From Chiloscyllium plagiosum (lineage: Eukaryota), in the NCBI RefSeq assembly GCF_004010195.1, contig NC_057728.1, positions 43,760,666 to 43,780,665 of the forward strand: DNA of 20,000 nucleotides. Reading direction: 5' to 3'. The position numbers and the translations under genes are program-made. The notes beneath the pieces are model-generated. The model was not told the origin of the DNA. It was given only the letters and a program-made list of their open reading frames with translations, and searched no databases. Below, piece after piece: positions 10,817 to 20,000 of this stretch. The number at the start of each line of letters is the position of its first letter. Positions within the stretch are counted from its first letter, which is position 1.

Positions 10817-12132
10817 TTTTGTCAATAGATGGTTTAATTTTTGATTAAGTCAATTAATGCAGGGCAACTCCTGTCAAGCAAATCCACAAATTATATGTGT
10901 TTTCAAAAATGAAATAAACAAACTACTGTAACTATAGATGTTTCCGCCTCACATTGATAACTGGTAAAATAACAGGTAATTGGGAAAACCTGAGAATTAT
11001 TTGTTAAAAAATAAATCTAGCAATGCCATGTATCTATCACAAACTTTTGAAGTGGAGAATTCTGCCCCACAAGCCCTTGGATTTATAAGGAAGTAACATC
11101 TCTAACAAACATTGACAAGACCATTTACACATCTATATTGTCACAAATCTTGAATAAGAATTCACCTAAAAACTGTAACACAAGCTTAAGGCAGTGAGTG
11201 CTTAACATAAATGTTAGATTCTAAGAATTGACCGAAAGATTGTAACAGTTATGGGCTCGTTATTAACTAGAGATATAGATATGAAGTGAACTGCACCAAC
11301 AGTTTTTCAAATTATGGTATTCTTTCTGAAGCATTTGGATGGATATTAGAAGGAGCAAGGGTTGGTGTTATTGAGCCTAAGAGATAGGTAAAACTATCAA
11401 AAGACTTGGGGAAAAATACACTTGGGCAGAGCTAAGTTGATTGAGCAATGGGTCAGAAATTGCTGTAACAGGAATATCTCTTGACATTTGGAATGATACA
11501 TTTTCCTCTACTCTTCAACTCAAAAGTGATTTGCGCTCCAACTTGCTGGTTGAAGTGTGAATGAATAATAACATGTTCAGGAAATCTGGGAGCCAATGAA
11601 TGGCAAAATCAACCATACATTTCTGTATTAATTAAGATGTAAAGAGTGAGAAATAAATTGAATAACTGAAATGAATGGTGAGTTAGAGTGAATGAACTAG
11701 AGTCAAATGGGGTACAGAAAGAAATAAAGAGAGTAAAGGAAAGATCATTTGACATATATAAAAAACTCTGACAACAATTCACTATTTGGAGAATTGAGAA
11801 TTGTTTTAAATTATTCACTCTCGCTCAGAGAATTTGATTGACTCACGTTAGTTACTGTGCTGTTAAAAGAATACTTGTCATGCTAATTACCAGTCTTAAC
11901 TTTATATAGTAAGTTTATTAGAATTTTAATGTACACATCCAACAATGTCTTAAAGATACTAGGAAAGTTAAGGCTGATATACTAATGTGCAAATCTAATG
12001 GCAGGAAATCAGAATTGTCCAGCAGCTTGTGGTGATTTGCAGTTACTGAATACTACTTCCTTTCCACAAGTTACTACATGGCCTTTCATGTTATTTTGCC
12101 AGGAAATGTAGACCATAATGCCAAATGTCATG

Positions 12133-12362
12133 TGAAATAACTCCACAGAGTCTGGTATCCCATCACCAAGTCACTGTTTATTTATATGTGCATAGAACTT
12201 GACTCTGGTCCCACTTCTTAAGAGCCAGTTTTCAGAATGAACAGAACCTCTGACACACCTGTTTATATCTGTCAGCCAGGGTTCCCTGATTGGACCAGGT
12301 TAACAGTCTCAGTCAAAGAACTCATATTCCTTGAGCTTCACCTGGCTGACCATATTACAACA
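12133..12362 (-). mobile_element. Solo LTR (230 bp) of an LTR retrotransposon, probably Ty3/Gypsy
   Basis: TG...CA termini and perfect 5-bp TSD TCATG (12128-12132, 12363-12367). On the minus strand, CCAAT (~12289-12293), TATAAA (~12262-12267) and AATAAA (~12177-12182) occur in U3-R order. Confidence 0.88.
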
Positions 12363-12790
12363 TCATGAATACAAGAAAAACCTGAAAACCTGTTTAATGT
12401 TTAGCATACAACTAACTAGAAAAAATGGTGAAAGAAATGAGGGTGTGAACATAGATTCAATTCTTCTCACATTAGATTTTCCAGTCTTTGCAAAATATAA
12501 CTAGGAAAACTACCTACTAGCATAACATCAGATATATGTGCAATGAATTGACTGCTATTTTTAAAATTCAACATTTTTGCCGTGTGCATGAGTAAATTGC
12601 AAATAAAATTCCTGTTCTAACAAAATTTATTGCTGTGACCTTGAATCACCCTTAAGGCTCCAATTTCATATTTTCCATTTCCTCTCCAATTCTTCATTTG
12701 AACTTGAAACAAGGTTTTTATTTGCAAAATGTGATGTTTCGACTGAGGGCAGTAACCAAATAGGTGTCCTGTTGAAATTCATACACTTAC

Positions 12791-12845
12791 ATTTTAATAT
12801 CCATGAGAAACTGTGTTGATATTGCACAAATATCAGTTCCCATTA
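12791..12845 (-). CDS. Candidate internal coding exon (MGTDICAISTQFLMDIK)
   Basis: Acceptor ctgttttctggttgcAG and donor GTAAGT; 55 nt. Only one frame is open, and it is the one required by exon 18420-18466. Confidence 0.35.
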
Positions 12846-14415
12846 CTGCAACCAGAAAACAGTGGCATTCTGTGACCACCCTTCTACATTGGAATCCATA
12901 TTGTGGAGATAAGCTTCATCCTGTAAACCATGAATCCGAATGATCCATAAAAATTTACAGAAGGGCATGTTAAAATTGAAATTTTAATGACACTCTCCTT
13001 CGTCTCAGCACCATCTTAAATCACTGACTAGAATGACGTCATTTGCATCCATAATAATAATAATACAAGGACCTGTGGGAAAACCTCAATGTAACCAATA
13101 AGAACTGAGAGTGAAGGGTGCTGGCCTTATCAGAAATTGGGGACATCTTCACCTGGTAGTGAATAATTTATCCACCAACTTGTAAAACCTGTTCTTGTGC
13201 TGGCTACAGTGAGGTTACAACATATCCATGGACTTAAATAAGTGTTTACAACCTCTCATGCAAACTAAGATGGCTGAGAAACCAATGCAAGAGCTCCATG
13301 ATAAGTAGCACAATCAACATTTAGGGTAAAATGCTGACCCCAAACTAGGTACTGAACTATAATGGAGAGCTGTATACATGGGAACTGTTAGCAGAACCTG
13401 AAGAGTAAAAACCACCTTATGTCATGAATGAGTATTAAGCCAGTTTCTGGCAATTAATAATACTGATGAAGGGAGAGATCACTGTCAGTTTGACCTTAAC
13501 ATTAAGCTACATGCTGTGTGTCATTGCATCGTTCAGCTTTAGTTATTACTAAAGCCAGATTTCAATGTATTAACTATTGACAATAAGATTATCTAAACAC
13601 AAAAGTATTTTTTTAAGTGATGCAGTAGGACCTGCATTCATTTTGCTGTTTCAGACCTGGTTGCCATCTTTAAACTGCACCTGAGCCTGTTCAACTGTTG
13701 GTTGCAAAAGTTCCAGGCATTAAAATTAATAGCCTCCTTTGAGAATTTTGTTTCCTACTTTTTCGAATGTTGAAAACTCATCAATATTTTATACATGTCT
13801 TTTACACAACCCCTTTGAGGTAAGTTATTCATGTCCTTTTATGATGAAATCTTGGGCAAATTCCTTTGGATATTTTCTTGCCACATTTGAAACTTCCTGA
13901 TCATAGTTTACCAGAATTGTTTTGCACTTGTCCATTGAGAACCACAAGAGTGCAACTTAGTAACATGATAGAACTGATAAAGCATCTATGGTGTGATCTG
14001 TTGACCTTACAGTATGGTAATGAAAACTAGAGACAAGGTATGGCATCCAACACATCTTAACTTAATCATTTAAGTAAAATAATAAAAATAAATTGTTGTA
14101 AGATAGAATCTTGCTACAACTCATCATTACGTAAGATCTGGTAGATTTGGTAGATTTGCTGTCACCAGCCTCTTTCCCGATTGGGAATTACAATGGCAGC
14201 TTGGTCTAATGTGAGAGAAGAAAATGACCTGGTCTTCTAATGAGGAGATGCTCTTATCTTAAGAAAAATGTAGTTTATTGCATGACAACAGCTTGATATA
14301 AGTTATGTTAGTAGGCCCTTAAGTGTAACCTTTAATATTCAACAAAGAAAATAGTTTTGAGTCCACTTATGGTGTTGAAAAAAAATGATCAGAAACATAT
14401 TTAAGTGTACATTTA

Positions 14416-14700
14416 ACTAAAGATAAGGAAACTCATTTTCAAAACTTTTTATTACAATCCAATCAGAGATTTATTTGAAATAAAAATATGGGGTGTTAAA
14501 TTTAGTTACCCCAAGAAGAAACAGGGAGATCATGATGTGAGATCAAGAAGCACCCAGTGCAGGAAACATGTCAAGATCAGAGTGGCTACTAATTTACATG
14601 ATTATGCCATTCAGTTGACAATACCACATCTCTGAATGGCCACAGGTCTCAGCAAAGGACCCAAATACTGTGGAAGTCTAGTACCTGTTAAGCTGCACCA
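14416..14700 (+). repeat. Diverged direct duplication, copy 1
   Basis: 14441-14510 versus 15171-15240 aligns ungapped at 55/70 identity (hand count), and similarity continues to ctgttaag. Confidence 0.85.
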
Positions 14701-15143
14701 GATAAATCGACATCTCTTTAACTATATGTTTTGTTCAACTTATGAATCATCTCATAATATTTGAAATACTGGTCTATTCTTTTGAATTAAGAAGTATTAT
14801 TTTCTTCTACTTCAGACTACTATATATTATATTTAGTGAGTATTATATTCATAGTCCCAATTATGGCAGCAAGTAATATTTCGCGATTCCAACAGATTTC
14901 AAAGTTGTAGATATGATAGCTAAGCCCCACTTTTATTCACTCATGATTTGAGTGAAGAAATGATACTGCAGATCCTTTGCTGTTGTACAATTCACTGTTA
15001 CTCTATTTTTAGATTTTGATTGATGGCAAATGACATCAGTGTTTGAGCATCTTACAAGAGCGTGGAGTTCAGAGGAACAGGGAAATAAACACAGCTGCTT
15101 CTTCTTTGAAATTGCATGGTTCTGTCAAATCAGGATTTCTCTA

Positions 15144-15435
15144 AACTACAGATAAAAATACCTAATTTTTAAGACTTTCTGTTACAACCTAATCAAATGT
15201 TCATTCTAAATAAAAATGTAGGGTGATAAATTTAGTAACCTCCAAAAATGAATGGGTAGATCATGATGCGTGATCAAGCTGCACCTTTATTTCTGATACA
15301 GAAAGTATAACGTTGTGTGACTACTAACAAATATGACTGCAGTGTGAAACCAGCAAGACTGCACTGTTGAGAAGCTGCATGTGTCAGAAGGATGTCCAAC
15401 TCTGTGAGAGGCTAGCAACTGTTAAGTCATACTGC
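15144..15435 (+). repeat. Diverged direct duplication, copy 2
   Basis: Offset ~730 bp from copy 1. Shares aaataaaaat, taaatttagt, agatcatgatg, gatcaag, ctactaa and ctgttaag in the same order. Confidence 0.85.
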
Positions 15436-16635
15436 TTAAAATAGAAGTGTCTTCTGCCTAGCTTTGGAAGTCACCAAGCAGGTCCATTTAAAGTCTCCAC
15501 TTCTGAAAGTCAATAACTTTCCACCACCAATGTTGTAGTTGCAGTTGTAGCACTGTGTGGGACCAGTAGGGCAGGCAAATGTGCATAGAAAACAACCACC
15601 AAGAGAATGCGCAAGATTGATTAGTTGAAGCTTGTATCCAATATTGTATGTAACCTATACTTTGGATTGGAATATTTATTTTATGATGACTTTTAGATTT
15701 GCATTTTGTCCAAATACATGCTGTGATGATCAGTAATCAACCAAAGTTAAGATATGGAACTATTGATGCATGAGGAATTGGGATTACATTAATTAAACTT
15801 GCAATCAGGTCTGTTGTTCACTGTCAGCCTCGCCAAACAAGGGATATCGAGGTTTTGCTCTTTGTCCTGTTCCTCAGCTGTTCTGGCTTAGAGTTGGTGG
15901 CATGGGCTTTACCCTCATGATTGTGAGGTTATATGGCAGACCACTCAAATATGCACACCACTCTGTTACTTGCTGCAGAGTCCTTCTGATCTTACCCAGG
16001 CAGTGGAAGTCTTTGTCACCAAGTCACCATTGATTGCTGTATTCTGTTAGAGCACTCAGGTGTCAGTTTGTAATTATGAGTTTTTGATGACTTCTTCAGA
16101 ATCTTTTCAGTTTTGCTGCTTCTTTTGCAACTGAACAAACATCTTCCATGCTAGAGTTATTTTTGTCCATGCTCACACACTTGTGTGTTTACTTGCAGAT
16201 GACACAACACTCTCTATCAATTTTACCAACTTTAAAGAATGCCAGATAGCACCAATATTTGTACTTTCATACCACCAGCAAATACAAATCAAAGTATGTT
16301 TAGACATGTTGGAGTGCTGAGGATCTTCTTCCTATGCATACTTCAAAAATAAGTGGTACACATTAGAATTTTATACTGATAGATTTTTTTCTTAAAAGAA
16401 CTGTTAGACACATTTTAAAAGTAATCTGTATTTATAAGACAGTTATGGCAGTACATTGGCTTCATTTAGACTGCTGATCAAGAGGGGATAACTGTTGATT
16501 AGTAATAAATTTCAAACAACCACAAGTTGTTTGGTCTATTGAAATTCCATCTGGGTGTGCAGGTGAATACATTACTAAGTGAAATTCAAAAACATCAGAA
16601 AAATCCAGTCAAAATTGCATGACCCAATATATACT

Positions 16636-18062
16636 TAGAATCATGGAGATGTATAGCACGGAAACAGACCCTTCGGTCCAACTCGTCCATGCCGACCAGA
16701 TATCCCAACCCAATGTAGTCCCACCTGCCAGCACCCAGCCCATATTCCTCCAAACCCTTCTTATTCATATACCCATCCAGATGCCTTTTAAATGTTACAA
16801 TCGCACTAGCCTCCACCATTTCCTCTGGCAGCTCATTCTATACATGTACCATCCTCTGAGTGAAAAAGTTGCCCCTTAGGTCCCTTTTATATCTTTTCCC
16901 TCTCAACCTAAACTTATGCCCTCTAGTTCTGGACTCCCCCACCCCAGGGGAAAGAATTTGTCTATTTATCCTATCCATGCCCCTCATGATTTTATAAACC
17001 TCTATAAGGTCACCCCTCCGCCTCCGATGCTCCAGGGAAAATAGCCCTAGCCTATAGATCAAATCCTCCAACCTTGGCAACATCCTTGTAAATCTTTTCT
17101 GAACCCTTTCAAGTTTCACAACATCTTTCTGATAGGAAGGAGACCAGAATTGCATGCAATATTCCAACAGTGGCTTAACCAATGTCCTGTACAGCTGCAA
17201 CATGACCTCCCAACTCCTGTACTCAATACTCTGACCAATAAAGGAAAGCATACCAAACGCCTTCTTCACTATCCTACCTACCTGCGACGCCACTTTCAAG
17301 GAGCTATGAACCTGTACTCTAAGGTCTCTTTGTTCAGCAACACTTCCCAGGACCTTACCATTAAGTGTATAAGTCTTGCTAAGATTTGCTTTCCCAAAAT
17401 GTAGCACCTCACATTTATCTAAATTAAACTCCATCTGCCACTTCTCAGCCCGTTGGCCCATCTGATCAAGATTCCGTTGTAATCTGAGGTAACCTTCTTC
17501 GCTGTCCACTACACCTCCAATTTTGGTGTCACCTGCAAACTTACTAACTATACCTCTTATGCTCACATCCAAATCATTAATATAAATGATGAAAAGGATT
17601 GGACCCAGCACTGATCCTTGTGGCACTCCACTGGTCATAGGCCTCCAGTCTGAAAAATAATCCTCCACCACCACTTTTACTTTTGAGCCAGTTCTGTACC
17701 CAAATGGTGAGTTCTCTCTGTATTCCATGAGATCTAACCTGGTTCATCAGTCTCCCATGGGGAACCTTGTCAAATGCCTTACTGAAGTCCATATAGATCA
17801 CAACTACCGCTCTGCCCTCATCAATCCTCTTTGTTGCTTCTTCAAAACACTCAATCAAGTTTGTGAGACATGATTTCCCATGCACAAAGCCATGTTGACT
17901 ATCCCTAATCAGTCTTTGTCTTTCCAAATACATGTATATCCGTCCCTCAGGATTCCCTCCAACAACTTGCCCACCACCGACGTCAGGCTCACTGGTCTAT
18001 AGTTCCCTGGCTTGTCCTTACCATCTTTCTTAAATAGTGGCACTACATTTGCCAATCTCCAG
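16636..18062 (-). mobile_element. Relatively young 5'-truncated CR1 LINE, subfamily B (RT domain to 3' UTR), inactivated
   Basis: ORFs 17577..17933 (SQHGFVHGKSCLTNL, YMDFSKAFDKVPH), 16838..17728 (GVPQGSVLGPILFIIYINDL, KFAGDTK) and 16595..16819 are one ORF2 broken by a frameshift at ~17680 and a stop at 16838-16840. Confidence 0.97.
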
Positions 18063-18419
18063 ATTGTTCTGTTAACTCAAAAATACTGATTAGCTGTGCA
18101 GTTAATAAAAATCCTACTCAGGTAACTAATCATAGCTGACTGTTTTTACATTCACTTTTGACCTATAACATCAATATTTCATATAATTTCAGCATCTCAT
18201 ACTTTTGTTAAAACTAACCAATGCTCAAAACAAAATCATGGTCCTGTATCTGTAAGTATTCTGAGCAAAAATTGTCACACCGACTATCATAATGATAATG
18301 CAGAGCTCCAGGAAGACAATAATCTTGTTTTGACCTGATCCTTGATTTTCAAATCTTTGTGAGAGTCTGAGCACCACTTCTAAGTCATAAGTGCTGTACG
18401 TACAGTTTTCAATACTTAC

Positions 18420-18466
18420 ATCTATGTTGGCGGAGTGACGGCTCATGGAATACTACATTTTGTAAC
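18420..18466 (-). CDS. Candidate internal coding exon (LQNVVFHEPSLRQHR)
   Basis: Acceptor tttaatctgttgccAG and donor GTAAGT; 47 nt. Its single open frame is phase-compatible with 19153-19288, and CpGs are retained. Confidence 0.42.
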
Positions 18467-19152
18467 CTGGCAACAGATTAAATAATCACTTCTCAGAAGC
18501 ACTTGGTGATGCTGGTTGGAGGAGGATTCCAATTTAGAATGCAGATAATGCAAATTTTACTTTATGAGTTTTTTATTTTAAACATACTACATATAAATTA
18601 CTGGCCCTGAGCTTTGGTGAACATCTCTCAGTGAAAAACATGAAGGGCCTATTAAACCATCAAAGCCATGTATTCCACAAACCATTGGGAATCTGCTTTA
18701 TTATGAGCTTCACCCAGCTACTTAAACTGCTGACTGACACGGAAAGGAAAAAAATGGTAATACTTCAAAAATAATTACATCCTTTCCAAAATTGACATGA
18801 TGGCCAAAAGCTTAAAAAAGACTAAAGAGGAAGTGAGCCACAAAATATTTTAATAGTTTCTGGTAGTGCAATGCTAGGAACAAAAAAATTCTAGTCTTAA
18901 TTAAATAAAACTCCAAGGACAAAATAAAATTTATGTTGAAGCCAAACTTAGTTTTTGAATGTAATAAGATTGACAAAATGATGTCAAAATCAAAAAAAAC
19001 TCAACTTAATGATTGAATAATATTGTAGACAGTTTTGCTTAATATCCACAAATTCCTGCTATAATCTATTTATGTCACGAGTACCAAAAATAATCATTGG
19101 GTATCAGAGCACCAGAAATTACATTTTTTGAAGATAGAATGTTTTTGGTTAC

Positions 19153-19288
19153 GTCTGAACCCAAAAGCAAGGTTGGCTTAAAGTTGCCTGTCTCAATCGC
19201 ATGATAGATGACTGCTGACTTGCTTCCTCTAACTTCAGTTTCCGGTTAATATTTCGAACAAGGCTGCAAGCTTGCTTGATTTCATAAG
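19153..19288 (-). CDS. Candidate internal coding exon (YEIKQACSLVRNINRKLKLEEASQQSSIMRLRQATLSQPCFWVQ)
   Basis: Strong acceptor tatgtctctttgtattctAG and weaker donor GTAACC; 136 nt with one fully open frame and several CpGs in a CpG-poor background. Protein not recognised. Confidence 0.45.
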
Positions 19289-19700
19289 CTAGAATACAAA
19301 GAGACATAGTTAAGACAGTCTGCAGTTTCAACTATATCAGAAGAAAACATCTTGTGTCACCTGCTATCAAATAATAATAATTTGAGCATCTTGCAAACAG
19401 GAGTTTGGCATATGAATAGTATAACGTACTTTTTTTTTCCTCAGACAATTGAAGCTTAATCAGAATTAAAAGTGTACACTGTAAACCCATAGTTGGCTGT
19501 GCTCAATGGCATTTAAAATAAGAAGCCATGATTTGCAGAAGTACTTTGTAATCTAAATGGAACATTTATTGCAGTGGGCAACTATTTGACAGAGATCACA
19601 TTGCCTAAAGTGGACAAAGAGCTGGTAATAAATACAAAATATACAAATGTCACAAGTCAGTATAGCTATCACAATGTTCATGAGTTCTATTCTTTAAATT

Positions 19701-20000
19701 GCCACCGACACGCTGACATCTTCTACAAACCCACCGACTCCCAGAGCTACCAGGATTACACCTCTTCCCACCCTACCTCTTGCAAAAATGCCATCCCGTA
19801 TTCCCAATTCCTCCGCCTCCGCCGTATCTGCTCCCAGGAGGAGCGGTTCCACCATAGAACACACCAGATGGCCTCCTTCTTTAGAGACCGCAATTTCCCT
19901 TCCCACGTGGTTAAAGATGCCCTCCAATGCATCTCGTCCACATCCCGCACCTCCGCCCTTAGACCCCACCCTTCCAACCGTAACAAGGACAGAACGCCCC
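19701..20000 (+). mobile_element. 5'-truncated Penelope-like element, RT C-terminal/linker region, runs off the window
   Basis: Open + frame from 19715 (no ATG, so absent from the ORF track): DIFYKPTDSQSYQDYTSSHPTSCKNAIPYSQFLRLRRICSQEERF... This has the PLE YxKPT/SxHP/LRLRRICS motifs, and composition shifts abruptly to C-rich. Confidence 0.92.

Noticed and set aside
11847..11859. 13-nt minus-strand micro-exon (ttttaacAG|...|GTGAGT)
   Set aside because: Too short to distinguish from chance.
13041..13400. Ig/TCR V-gene promoter suggested by octamer plus CRE
   Set aside because: No leader exon, V-domain motifs or heptamer-nonamer RSS follows.
13655..13819. + strand segment with a good acceptor and GAG|GTAAGT donor
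   Set aside because: Stops in all three frames. It could only be a non-coding exon, which cannot be supported from sequence alone.
15780..16330. Purine-rich minus strand with a coding-like feel
   Set aside because: Multiple stops in the frames I read and no recognisable motif; possibly very old TE debris.
19694..19986. Minus-strand ORFs of 91 and 76 aa
   Set aside because: Antisense shadows of the + strand Penelope RT frame.
1..20000. CRISPR array, operon, rRNA or intact tRNA genes
   Set aside because: No regularly spaced repeats, gene-dense organisation or cloverleaf seen; tRNA-like boxes occur only in decayed SINE heads.

Overview
Eukaryotic, AT-rich, repeat-dense vertebrate DNA. The repeat families resemble those of cartilaginous fish (probably a shark); this is recognition from memory, not a database result. 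Roughly 45% of the window is retroelement debris: several decayed CR1 LINE copies from two vertebrate-type subfamilies, a second CR1-clade LINE cleanly split by a younger CR1, Deu-type and short tRNA-derived SINEs, three Penelope-like pieces, and a 230-bp solo LTR with TG..CA ends and a 5-bp target-site duplication (TSD). Most ORFs in the track are LINE or Penelope fragments, their antisense shadows, or chance ORFs. The unique sequence may be intronic: three or four phase-compatible minus-strand exon candidates (19153-19288, 18420-18466, 12791-12845, possibly 7147-7198) join into an open peptide I cannot name. The best second-look items are a Penelope-type insertion with a 14-bp TSD, a hammerhead-ribozyme-like core and a nested copy of its own terminus, and a diverged ~300-bp duplication at 730-bp spacing. 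I found no prokaryotic-type system (CRISPR, operon) and nothing I can support as a new biological system.
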